Shown here piece by piece: positions 11,510-23,624 of a stretch of 64,000 nt of DNA; the stretch's first letter is position 1; the number at the start of each line of letters is the position of its first letter. The stretch comes from Octopus sinensis (taxonomy: Eukaryota). Where the stretch lies: positions 3,410,001-3,474,000 of the forward strand of contig NC_042997.1 in assembly GCF_006345805.1 (NCBI RefSeq), written 5' to 3'. The position numbers were made by a program, and so were the translations under genes. The notes beneath the pieces were generated by a model, which had not been told where the DNA came from, ran no database searches, and worked only from the letters and a program-made list of their open reading frames with translations.

Positions 11510-12578
11510 TATCATTATTATTATTATTATTATTAACGTTATTATTACTACCATTAATATTACTACCATTAATATTACTGTTATTATTGTTATTAATTTA
11601 CAATTTGTACGGGTAAGAGAGATTGTGGTGGTGTTCAAGGCAGTTTCAATAGAATGGGTTGGGTTGTGGTTGTGGTTTAATGAAGAAGTATCCGTACTGT
11701 AGCTGTGTGTATGTGTTGAGTTTTCGTATTACTAGAGTTGTGGTTATTTGAGTTTTGATAGTAAAGAGAGAACTTTTGCTTATTAGAGGCTGCTACAATA
11801 GATTCGAAGTTGGGTGAGGTAGAATAAGATAATTTCAGGGTAGATCAATTAAAAATAGAATATGTTGTCGAGGGAGGTTAGTGTCTAGTATTCTAAAAAA
11901 GGATTTAGCTGAGCTCTTAACATTAAGTGAGAATGGTGGTGTGTACCACACAATAGTGTCGTCCACATGTTTTAGGGAGGTTGGGAATAGTGCTAAGTCA
12001 TTAGATAAAGGAGTGCTATCTATGATTTGGGGGAAGGTATGTGGGATGCGGGGTATGTTATTGTTATCTGTTTTAGTTGTTTTTGTTTTTGACGTAGTGT
12101 TAAATGAATGTATGAGGGTCTATGTAATGTTTTCCAGGGTTCCATCGACGAATGTGCATGGTTGGTTGCGATTGAGATGGTTGTTGCGTATTTGAGATGT
12201 GATTTGAGATATGTATTGTTTGAGCCTGATGTTATGGATGTATTCAATTTGTTGGGAGAAGCCACTAGCGCCGAGTGCTTGATTATAATATGGTGCGTGA
12301 TTATTGAAAACAGAGGTCAGATATGCAGGTTAAGAATTCCCTGATTATGTTATAGAAAGTGGATTTCTGGTGATTGGAGTGGATGTTAAGGTATTTAAGA
12401 TATTGGTTAGGCTTGTGGTAAGGGGATTATTGGGATGTTGATAAGTTTAAAGTTGCGTCAAGAAAGTTAAAGGTTTTGTGAGCGTTTTCAAATGTGATAG
12501 ATAGGTTTAGGTTAGAGAATAATTTATATAAATCCCTTCTAGTTCTTTCTAAGGAGGATTTAACCATCTTCTCACACC

Positions 12579-12623
12579 GTTTCCGATGAAGGGATATAAT
12601 AAATATCCTGGAAAAAGCTGTAA
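12579..12623 (+). ncRNA. Degenerate hammerhead-like motif in inverted PLE pseudo-LTR
   Basis: CCGAUGA-A-GGGAUA(UAAUAAA)UAUCCU-G-GAAA-AAGCUG-UA. Helix II is clear; U4 is C; helix I pairing is not evident. Confidence 0.45.
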
Positions 12624-13135
12624 GTCTATAAATGTTCTAAAATATACAGAGCCTTGGTATTTTTTATCTCATTGTCAAAAAAATTATACATATATATATA
12701 TATACACCAACTCAAATATATTGACTATTGTGCCCCAAAAAAAGTATGAATTGTGCTAAATATTTTGAATTTTTCCCTAATAGATTTTCACCTTTCAAAT
12801 TCTTCTTTTTTATTTATTTCACTTTTTCTGTAATCTCACACTCTGGTATCATTACGATGTCGTTTATTTTCTATCCTATACCCATGCCCGAATTTATTTT
12901 TTTGTAAACATCTGACGTTCTATCTAATGTTTTATCTCTCACATTCTTTCTCTTTCTCTTTCTTTCTCTGTGCTTTTCTCTCTCTCTCTCTCACTCTCTC
13001 ACTTGAACATTCCCAAAATTCCCTTTACGTATATTATTATATAGTCTAGAGTAATTCCTCAGACTGATGTAAATGTTTGTATTACTAAACAAAAAGTGAA
13101 CCATGTATGTACATGTACTTATATATATGTATATA

Positions 13136-13182
<47 letters not shown>

Positions 13183-13267
13183 GCATGCATAAGTGTGTAT
13201 GATTATGATTGTGTGCGACCGTGTGTATCAGTGTATGTTTGAACTATAAACCATCATATATATATAT

Positions 13268-13570
13268 GGAGGTACAATGGCCCAGTGGTTAGGGCAGCTG
13301 TTTCGCGTCCGTAGGATCGTGGTTTCGATTCCCAGACCGGGCGTTGTGAGTGTTTATTGAGCGAAAACACGTAAGAAAGCTCAACGAGGCTCCGGCAGGG
13401 GGGGTGATCCTTTCTGTACTCTTTCACCATTCATTCTCCTACACTTTCTTCTGTTGGCCTGATCGCTAGCCAGCGCGATGGCGTCATTCGAAGGCTAAAA
13501 CAAAGCGAATGCATTGTAACCAGCGATGTGTAACTACATATGATGGACTGGTCGGTCAGGTGATCTCGTG
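13268..13570 (+). mobile_element. tRNA-derived SINE (family B)
   Basis: Box A tggcccagtgg, box B ggtttcgattccc; body gggcgttgtgagtgtttattgagcgaaaacac; next to (TA)n. Confidence 0.85.
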
Positions 13571-14049
13571 ATATATATATATATGTGTGGTGTGTGTGTG
13601 TGTATGCAAACAGCCACCAGTAACCCTACACTATCTTTGTTGCCATCTGCTTCATCCTGTAACTACCTTCTATTTTGCAATGCGACTTTCCTCGTTTCTC
13701 TCACTTTATACAGGTTTCCTTTTCGCCTTCATTACTTCTGCAATTTTACCCCGTCTAATTCAGCTATCTGATATATATTTCTTATTTCGAAATTTATTTT
13801 TTCTTTTTTTCAGATTTAATCTTCCCTTCAATAAATCTTCTCTCTTGTCTTCCAAAATACCTGTCAGATATTTTCTCTTCGGCTTTATCTTGAGTTCTAT
13901 AGATCTCCTATGCTATTGTTTTCGTTCTTTCTTTAACTCAAATTTCCTTTGTTCATTCATGTTTAAAATGCAACATGTCTTAGAATCTAATATATCCTAT
14001 TTGTTCAGTGAATTGTACCCAAACGCTCACATGCACACGCATCAAGTCA

Positions 14050-14050
<1 letters not shown>

Positions 14051-14111
<61 letters not shown>

Positions 14112-14138
14112 TTACTACTACTACTTCTACTACTACTA
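14051..14138. repeat. (CTA)n microsatellite
   Basis: actactact array; source of the poly-L, poly-S and poly-V ORFs. Confidence 0.97.
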
Positions 14139-14343
14139 ATGGTACTGCTTCTGCTGCCGCTTCTGCTTCTGCTGTGCTGATGTTGCCGCGACACAGTCTC
14201 ACTTTCAAGCACATACATATATCGTAAGTGCTTGCAAATGCATTCGAATATTGTGCATGTATACACACTCACACATATGTTATTATACATGTATATATAT
14301 ATATATGTATGTATATATATATATGTATAAGTATATGTATATG

Positions 14344-14375
<32 letters not shown>

Positions 14376-15527
14376 TTATATATATATATATATATATACG
14401 CGCATTCACAGAATGTGGTTGTGTGTAAGTTAATGTGAATCATATGTGAGAATATATGTAAGATACAGTAAACTCCTAATACAGTTACTGCTGCATGTAA
14501 AAAGAAATTGCTTTAAAATGTATGTTGCATACTGTGAGAACATTTTTGTGTATTCATATAGACTTTCATTTGTGTATGCATCTACCCACTGGCTCATATC
14601 AAGTTAAGCTTGTTAGGCTACGCGTATGTTTAAACAATCGCTTCATATTTTATCTTTTTGTTTGTTTTCGAAATAGAATTTATCAATTCCTGAATCATAT
14701 TTTGATTTTCCAGGTGTTTTAACTTTTCATCTGGTTTATTTATTTTTATTAATTGGAGAAAGTATAAAGCAATCGAAACAACGACGTAAATTCGCAGTAA
14801 AAAATTCAATAAAATATAGTTAAACACATGAATATTCAAAAAAACATATCAAATATATATAGTTCCTGCATTGAAATATTTAAGTCGATGAAGACTCAAC
14901 ATTCTACGCGTATTTCTGATACTCATTCTTAAAAAAAAAAATTAACGATAAACTACATCTCATCGTAGATGATTCTTACGGACAATGCAGATCACATATT
15001 TTGCATGTTGTTGGGAGAGGATAAATACTGTATTTTTGGTCATTGCCTTTCTTCCGCTAACCAGTTATATCACAACCATCTTATACTAGATTTAGTATCG
15101 AAAATATTTCGAAGGTCATCGAGTAAATATTCAACACAGGCGGAGAGTGATATTGCCTTATATAATAAATTGATATTATATTATTATGAACATCAGTGAA
15201 AAGTTGAAATCACTATAATTCACAGAAAAACTCAAGTCATTGGTTTCCAGGCACCTAGGTATATAAATATCTAAACTCTGATGTAACACATTTAATTGAT
15301 AATTATTATATTTTTAAAGCGATATATTATCGTTGCTTCGATTCTGCATAATGCCTGACTCTATCAAGCAAAGCAACAGAGCTGCTTTAAAGGGTAACCA
15401 CCAATATGTTGTATATAAGACAATATATGCCTATGTTAATAGTGTTTATAACTGTTCTGTGCCAGTTCAAGGAAATTTAAGCGGTCATGTGTGGCCGTAC
15501 ATCTAAGTACATAATAATGTTATTACA

Positions 15528-15612
<85 letters not shown>

Positions 15613-15959
15613 GTATATATATGTAATGAAACATATGTAGCCTAGATTTGATCTATTCCATTCTCTAATTTTCAATGTTTATTCGCATATACAAGAATCC
15701 ATGTTACTAACCGTGATCTATAAGATTAACTTCCTTAAGCTTTTCGTACTTCGATACGTGGAAAATTCACAAACTTCTGCGCCGATAAACTACCATTTCT
15801 CCTGATTTTTTTTATGCCTCCGACTGGTTGCTGCAATCTCAATAACTTCCTATACGTTGATCTTTGGAGCTTAACATTACACACACGCACACGCACACAC
15901 ACACGCACACACAGGTACACACACACACATACACACACACACACACACATATATATATA

Positions 15960-16350
15960 AAAGCTCGTTGGTGATTAACGTTATATATATATATATATAT
16001 ATAAAACTGAGAATGTGTGTATGTCTGTCTGTCTGTGTGTTTCCCTAAAACTTGAGAACTACACAACCAATTTCATTCAAATTTTACACATGCCTTACTG
16101 AAGGTCCGGGGAGTGTCATCGGCAAAAAAATTTAACTTTTTACATAGGGTGACCTCACAGCAATATCATATATTCTCCACTATTTCAGTATTACGTGTTA
16201 AAAGTGAAACAAAAACATCTCTCTATTGTAATGCAGACATTCACTTTAATACTGAAACTATTAAAGTTAAAGTATTATATAACAGGGATGAACAATTAAC
16301 AGTGGTCATTCATGTTGCTTGAAGATCCGCTATGGTCTTATATGCCACGC
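15960..16350 (+). mobile_element. Non-autonomous Helitron/Helentron (DINE-1/HINE-like) fragment
   Basis: (GTCT)n followed by cctaaaacttgagaactacacaaccaatttcattcaaattttacac, the typical microsatellite-plus-core layout of DINE-like elements. Recognised by pattern only. Confidence 0.45.
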
Positions 16351-16859
16351 CACTGGTTTTCGCTTCATATTAATCAAATTACTATTCAATATTCACCCTT
16401 ATTATGTGTGTGTGTGTTAGCAATTCGTATAAAATTGCGTCAGTAACTTGAACTTGAATAAGTGGTTTCACATAAATGGGGATAAATTAAAAAGGTTTGT
16501 TGTTATTATTATTACTGTTTGAGTATTGTAATCACATTTGTTGGTTCCTCGTCAGGCAATCGTTGTTGTGTTGCATTTGTTAAATAATTGTAAACCGTAA
16601 CCCTCCCCTTTTCGGAGAAGGGGCTTTGGTTATTGTTTAAAAATTGAATTGCGTCCCTGTTTGCGAAATTGACAATATTTACGTAAGCATTTTTGTTAAA
16701 ATGCGTTTAATAGAAGAAAGTCCAAAAATGAATTTCGCTGCAGCCGTACACTTCTATACAAGAGGAAGAGCAGGATCCAATTGATCGAAATTGCAAGAGA
16801 CGGGCCTACAATTCCAGTCTGTTATATATTTTGGGTATTGTAATCACTAGCGGTATAAA

Positions 16860-17047
16860 GATATCACTTGGATTCCACCTGTACCTGCTTGCAATGATTC
16901 ATTCCTGAGAGTATGAAACCTTCGGGACATTTGGCGATGGGGAAGTTGAAATCACCCATAAAAAATATGATCACGTGGTCTTCCAGATTCATGAGGTTTT
17001 CTTTAATTCTCGTGAGGCAATCTTCAAACTTGCCTATGTGATTTGGA

Positions 17048-17050
<3 letters not shown>
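16860..17050 (-). mobile_element. CR1/L2-like LINE apurinic endonuclease fragment
   Basis: [13 protein letters not shown]...IIFFMGDFNFP (APE GDFN motif); truncated at a (TA)n array. Confidence 0.75.
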
Positions 17051-17096
<46 letters not shown>

Positions 17097-17105
17097 ATAA
17101 TATAT

Positions 17106-17150
<45 letters not shown>

Positions 17151-17167
17151 ATATAATATATATATAG

Positions 17168-17198
<31 letters not shown>

Positions 17199-17251
17199 GA
17201 TATAAATGTATATATATATATGTATATATATATATATAGATATGTATATAT

Positions 17252-17295
<44 letters not shown>

Positions 17296-17393
17296 ACATA
17301 TATATGTATATATATATATATATAATATATATATATATATAATATATATATATATAGATATAAATGTATATATATATATGTATATATATATAG

Positions 17394-17434
<41 letters not shown>

Positions 17435-17572
17435 TATATGTATATACATATATATGTATATATATATATGTATATACATATATATCTATATATTTATACA
17501 TATATATATATATATATATATAATATATAATATATATATATATATATATATAATATATAATATATATATATA
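17050..17572. repeat. Long interrupted (TA)n array with internal higher-order duplication
   Basis: tatagatataaatgtatatatatatatgtatatatatatatagatatgta block occurs at ~17195 and ~17353. Confidence 0.95.
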
Positions 17573-17753
17573 TTACAGTTACAAATTGAGATAGGGGTTG
17601 TATATGCAACCCTCCATGGGATAACATATATCCAATATACTGCTAGTGAAGTACCCAACAAAGTTAATACATAAATGTTAAGAATTGCGATGCAATTAAT
17701 TCACTTACTGTATTATATGGGCAAAGGCAAAATGTTTTACAACAAATTAATAA

Positions 17754-18191
17754 TACAAAATAAGAAAATGGAGAAATACATCTAAATCAATTATCAACTT
17801 CCAGATAATACCCAATCACATAATTTATTAAACCACTACATATGAACGTTAAGGTTAAACATAATAATATAGAACAAAACAGTGTACATGAAGGAGTAAT
17901 ATCATACAATTAGTACAGTATGTATAAGAGAATATAACTAAATATAAATATAAATATAAACTACGACATTTTGTAAATTAATATAATGTACTCTTGACTT
18001 TATATATCTGTATTTGAGTATCAATATGTGCATGTCTTCTACATTGTAATATCATAATATTAATTTGAAAAAATGTACCATTGAATATGGAACACATGTA
18101 TGTTCATATGTAGTGGTTTAATAAATTGTGTGATTGGGTATTATCTGGAAGTTGATAATTGATTTAGATGTATTTCTCCATTTTCTTACTT

Positions 18192-18195
<4 letters not shown>
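17754..18195. repeat. 94-bp inverted repeat with ~254-bp AT-rich spacer
   Basis: 17754-17847 is the reverse complement of 18102-18195 with 2 mismatches; right arm runs into (TA)n. Confidence 0.9.
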
Positions 18196-18236
<41 letters not shown>

Positions 18237-18240
18237 TATA

Positions 18241-18455
18241 CCAAGTGACCCCGTGTGTACCGTTGGTGATTGTTTTCCTCTGCCTTCCCTTCTCTGGATC
18301 TTTCCTTCTCCTATGTTTCCGACGAAGTGCTCCACTCGAAACTTTAAACCTCCCTTCTTCCCTTCTTTCCTGAGCGTCCAATAATAATATATTTGCTCCA
18401 CCTCCACGCGTTGTTGTGCGTGTTCTTTTGTTTTTTCCTGTTTGGATTAACTTTA
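18241..18455 (+). mobile_element. Solo PLE pseudo-LTR with degenerate hammerhead-like motif (18316-18349)
   Basis: gttt-CCGACGA-agtgctccactc-GAAA-cttt-aaac, then ttcctgagcgtccaataat, resembling the 7861-7978 pLTR; (TA)n on both sides. Confidence 0.7.
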
Positions 18456-18485
18456 ATATATATATATGTATATATTTATATATAT

Positions 18486-18559
<74 letters not shown>

Positions 18560-18561
18560 CA

Positions 18562-18647
<86 letters not shown>

Positions 18648-18650
<3 letters not shown>

Positions 18651-20766
18651 TAGATAAAATTAGACATGTTTCGACCAAAGATTGGTCCAGGCCATGTCTA
18701 ACTTAATAACACCACCTGATAGGATTATCTAAATCCTCTTTAAGTCAAGTTTTGTTTATGGTCCATTCAAGTAGTGAGTTTTTGTTGGGTGATTTGTATA
18801 CAATTATGGGTGGCTTATCTAGTTTTCCTTGAAGGAATCTATCCAGACTCCTTTTATAGTTGATGGGACTCTTTTCCTCTTTGATCTCCCTCGGGACAAT
18901 GTTAAATAGGGCAGAGCCTGTTCAGGAAAAGAAATTATGTTGCAGTGTACATGTATGCTGTGATCTTGAATTGGGCAGGGGACGCATGGCCCGTGGTCCT
19001 AGTCTTGGATGAACCTTGAAGCTAATGTTCAGGTCGTTTGGGAAAAGTTGGCGGTATATTCTCCACATCGTACAAATGATGTACCGCTCTCGGCAACGCT
19101 GGAGAGAGTAGAGTTTCAAGGCTTTAAGGCAACTCCAATAATTGAGTTGTGCTCTATTCGACAGGAAATACTTTATCCAGTGTAGAACTTTTCCACGGAT
19201 TCCATCATTTGCCAATTTTGAGAGTAGGATATTATGGTCTACCCTGTCGAACGCTTTACTGAAGTCAAGATATATGACATCAGAGTTCGAACCTGTTCCC
19301 AAGGCTTTGAGTACATCTTCAATGTGATGTAAGAGCTGTGTTAGACAGTCCCTGGCACAGCGAAAGCCATGCTGATTTGCAATTAGGAGTTTCTGGGTCT
19401 CCAGGAAGTCAGCCATCCTTGATCTTAACACTCTTTCAAACATTTTGATGATGTGGGAGGTGAGTGAGATTGGGCGATAGTTGAGTGTGAGGGATCTGTT
19501 TCCCTGTTTGAAAACCGGGATGACTGACTGGGATAGAAACTGTTTCGGTATATAACCTGCATCTAACGAATTTCTCCAAAGGTTGGTCAGAGGAACTGCA
19601 AGTTGGTGTCTACATTCCTTCAGGAGACTAGCGGGGAATCTATCAGGGCCTACAGCAGAGTAGTATTTGAGCTCATTTATTGCTGCTATGATGTCAGTGG
19701 CAGTGAAGGTTATGGCCGAGATTTTATGTTCAGATTCAATTCGTTCGCTTCTCTAACGTCAATATCAGTGGGAACACAAAAGAAGGAGCAGTATTGTTTT
19801 TGCAGTATTTCCGCCATTTCTTTAGCATCGTGTTGGGGAATGCAATTATCATCAATCAATGGCCCAATGGGTGAGACAGTGGTTTTATGCTTATTTGCAT
19901 AGGAATAGAACACTTTTGGTTTCTGTTTGATGTTTTTGATTATCCACTGTTCCTCCGCAGCTCTTTGATTTTCAATGGAGGTTTTCATGTCGTTCTGCAG
20001 ATGAAGTTTTTCCAGCTCTAGCCTTTTCATTGTTGTTGAATGTGGATGTTGTACGTGTGAATATTTTAATAGGTTGATTTTTTTGTTGAGTCTTTTGATG
20101 CGCCTGATGAGTGTTTTTGTTCTTTTTAGGGAGCCGATTTCTGTTTGTGTTAGTAGATTTCGTGGGAGCGTGTTTAGAGCATGTATATGTGACAATGTTT
20201 TCAAAGTGCTGCCATGCGGTCTCAATATGGGTCGAATTGAGAGTAAAAGACCAGTCGATGAGAGACAGATCCTTTCTGATTGCTCCCCAGTCCGCTGTGT
20301 GGAAGTTTATGTTATCAAATGAGTTCCAAGGAGAGGGATTTGCTGGTTTGGTTTTTATATGTCGGGAATTGAAATTGCAGAGTACCATGTCGTGGTCAGA
20401 GAGGAGAGTTTTTTCAACTGAAATACTGTGAACAAAGCTAGAGTGATTGTTCAATACCAGATCCAAGATCGTTTTATTCTGTCTCAGGAAGTATTCATCC
20501 ATTAGATTAAAGAGCAGTTCTGCTGCTGCTCTATCTGATGTAGAGCACTTGCCTAACTTCAGAGTATTTGTGGGCCATTTCACATGAGGAAGGTTAAAAT
20601 CACACATCACTAGTATGTTCCCGGAGTGGTACTTCCGAAGGAAGGACTTGACTTTGCTAAGGCACTCTTCAAAGCACTTTAGAGGTGCTTGTGGAGGCCT
20701 GTAAAGACCCACAATTATTATGTCCTTGGCCTTGCTGAATAGTGATACAGATCACAATACCCATTG

Positions 20767-20768
<2 letters not shown>
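18648..20768 (-). mobile_element. CR1/L2-like LINE (APE + RT), internally deleted and frameshifted
   Basis: GLYRPP...CDFNLP...ILDLV (APE); YRPISLTSHIIK.FERV...QHGF...YLDFSKAFDRVDHNILL (RT); jumps from NRAQ directly to LNYW...LYSLQR.RERY, so the QG and YADD motifs are missing. (TA)n at both ends. Confidence 0.92.
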
Positions 20769-20828
<60 letters not shown>

Positions 20829-20830
<2 letters not shown>

Positions 20831-20872
20831 TAGCAGAGAGCCTGGCGTTGCCGGTTACATTCAATTGAAGAA
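20829..20872 (+). mobile_element. Helitron-type 5' terminus fragment in (TA)n
   Basis: tactagcagagagcctggcgttgccgg resembles the ACTAG...CCCGGCGTTGCCCGG start of non-autonomous Helitron-like elements. Confidence 0.45.
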
Positions 20873-21084
20873 TTATATATATATATATATATATATATAC
20901 TATATATACATACATACATATATATACAATATACATAATATATATATATATATTATTATATATATACATTCATACATATATACATACATATACACAGACA
21001 GACTCACACACACACACACATATATATATATATACATATATATATATAATATTCATACCTATATACATACGTATATACACCACA

Positions 21085-21198
<114 letters not shown>

Positions 21199-21867
21199 TA
21201 TAAATATACCGTTTTCGGATTCGATTTGCAAGATTCTTGATCTGAGTTCGTTTACTGAAGCATATTCTGTTGACGAGTACACAGTTACCCAACTTCAGTT
21301 GTAAGCTATGAGTCTGGAAATATTTTATCTCATGCATCTTCACCTTTGCTCTTCTGTTTCGAACAATCAATCGGAAACTTGAAATTATAATTTAAATCTA
21401 ACCATAATGTAATAACGTTTCCTAAATGCTATTTTTGTGCGTAATTCATAACTGCATATTAATACAATAATATACTTTGTACCTTCTGTATATTATCTGT
21501 ATACCTTCAGAACAGAAATAGGAAAGATGCCTTTGGTGTGAGTAATTATATATATATGATAAATCAAAGATGAGGGTGGGTATTAGCTATGATCTCCATT
21601 GCAAAATCTTAACCTCAGCACCTGCGTATGATTTAAAGAATAAGAAATGTATGTTGTGTATAAATGAAATCCTTTTTTATTAAACGCTGATTTTTCTTTA
21701 TCTAACAATAAATAAGAAAGAAATAATTTCTGCCTTCAGAATGTTAAACCCACTTTCTCAAAATATCATTAATACAGACAACATACAGAAGATATTTGTG
21801 TTATGATAAAGGTAAAGCTTAGAGAGCATGATGAACCTTATGTGGTAATATAATTGTATCAGGTTGA

Positions 21868-22455
21868 AGGCGGCGAGCTGGCAGAATTATTAGCACGCAA
21901 GGCGAAATACTTAGCGGTATTTCGTCTGCCGCTACGTTGTGAGTTCAAATTCCGCCGAGGTCGACTTTGCCTTTCATCCTTTCGGGGTCGATAAATTAAG
22001 CACCAGTTACGCACTGGGGTCGATGTAATCGACTTAATACCTATGTCTGTCCTTGTTAGTCCCCTCTATGTTTAGCCTCTCGTGGGTAATAAAGAAATAG
22101 GTATTTCGTCTGCAGTTACGTTCTGAGTTCAAATTCCGCCGAGGTTGGCTTTGTCATTCATCCTTTTGGGGTTGATAAATTAAGTACCAGTTACGCACTG
22201 GGGTCGATGTATTCGACTTTATCCGTTTGTCTGTCCTTGTTTGTCCTCTCTGTGTTTATCCCATTGTGGGTAGTAAAGAAATAGGTATTTCGTCTGCCGC
22301 TACGTTCTGATTTCAAATTCCACCAAGTTCGACTTTGCCTTTCATCGTTTCAGGGCCGACAAATTAAGTACCAGTTGTGTTCTGTGGACGATATAATCTA
22401 TTGGCCCCCTCTACCACAATTGCTGGCCCTGTGCCTAGAGTAGAAAAGAATATAA
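21868..22455 (+). mobile_element. Nin-domain SINE with three tandem 184-bp body units
   Basis: Head ggcggcgagctggcagaa; ggtatttcgtctgc at 21916, 22100 and 22284; each unit has gagttcaaattcc...cgactttgcctttcatcctttcggggtcgataaattaagtaccag or a close variant. Confidence 0.9.
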
Positions 22456-22699
22456 TTTTATCAGGTTGTGAAGTTAGAAAGTTGTTAACATATATAATGA
22501 ATTACAGTTACAATGGGAGTTATTGGGGATGAAGGGATAAGCATATAGGGATAATGCTATAAGATGTATTTTAATACGTGCAGATATACAAATATTGGTA
22601 GGTATATGTATACGTATCAAAACTCACAGATAGATTCTTAAACTAAGTGCTTAAAATGAGAAAATGAGTGTTTAAAAATAAATGCTTAGAAAGATATGG

Positions 22700-23560
22700 A
22701 GCAACATCCCAAGGAGGAACTGGTGTAATTAAATATGTGTGTGTGTGTGTGTATGTGTGTGTGTGTGGTATTGTCTGTGTGTATAAATATTAGTTAGATG
22801 TATGTTTATTTATGAAGATAATATATAGGGTGTATAGAGAATGTTGTGTTACATATATTAGGAAAGGATGGCAATCAATACATAGTGTTCAGTTTAGGAA
22901 AAAATAGAATTATTATCAAAGAGGCACTAGCACCAATAACAGTTAATATTAATGATATTTAGAGCAAGTGGGTTTAGGCTTATGAAGGTGGAAATCCTTT
23001 CTTACTTTTCTACTGTTAAGTAGAGGAAATTTCTGTTTTATCCCCACCCAAACTTGTATTCAATTGCGACATTCCCCTGAAATAGTAAGCACTTGAATAT
23101 AAATACGTAGGCATACATCCAGTAGTATATTGGATATTCAGTATCACTTAGATTGTTTCTTAACTCCTAACTCATATAGACACATATATATGTGTGTGTG
23201 TGTTATATTATATAAATAATGTGACAAGATACTATATTGTAGGTTAGTTCGTCGATGATCACTGGTATCTATTATATTAGCATTTATAGCAAAATATCAT
23301 TTTGTCATTTAATACTATTTTTCTGGATGCAGGTGTTCTATTTGTTTAGATTTTAGTTAAATTTGTGCGTGTGGAAATTAATTGTTAACTGAGGGACAGG
23401 AATAGATGTTAAACTGTCAGTGTGATTTGTTTTCAGAACGGTCTCAGCTGGGTTTATTTAATTATTGTAGATAAGCTTCCAGGTATTTAGGAGAGATAAC
23501 GAAGAATATAAGTTATATATCCAAAACCAACTCATTCATTTTTATTCTTTTAAGAAACAA
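22700..23560 (-). mobile_element. Highly degraded PLE GIY-YIG region
   Basis: Minus-strand remnants resembling xxYKCLLF...EY.G...QKF...SFRLHKPKPTCSKY; heavily decayed. Confidence 0.4.
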
Positions 23561-23624
23561 TAAATAGAACAGATGAAGCAATATAACTAATTACAATGTT
23601 TAGCAGAGAAGAATCTACCATTAA

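Larger units (their letters stand above)
10020..12690 (-). mobile_element. 5'-truncated Penelope-like element, split by a nested R4/Dong insertion, with an inverted pseudo-LTR at its 5' end
   Basis: Minus strand, degenerate: LERTRRDLYKLFSNLNLSITFENAHKTFNFLDATLNL (RT end), YHKPNQYLKY, APYYNQALGASGFSQQIEY, IVWYTPPFSLNVKS...FFRILDTN...LKLSYS (11640-12560). GIY-YIG part at 10020-10640 has YIG-TKTFKQRY and C-terminal CKPCQK...LLNKHNE..STCNH. Confidence 0.85.

Noticed and set aside
13587-14180. 197-aa hydrophobic ORF
   Set aside because: Starts in a TG repeat, ends in (CTA)n, is F/L/S-rich like AT-rich antisense noise, and has no domain.
21916-22400. CRISPR-like periodic repeats
   Set aside because: Whole 184-bp units are homologous, with no unique spacers; eukaryotic SINE sequence and no cas genes.
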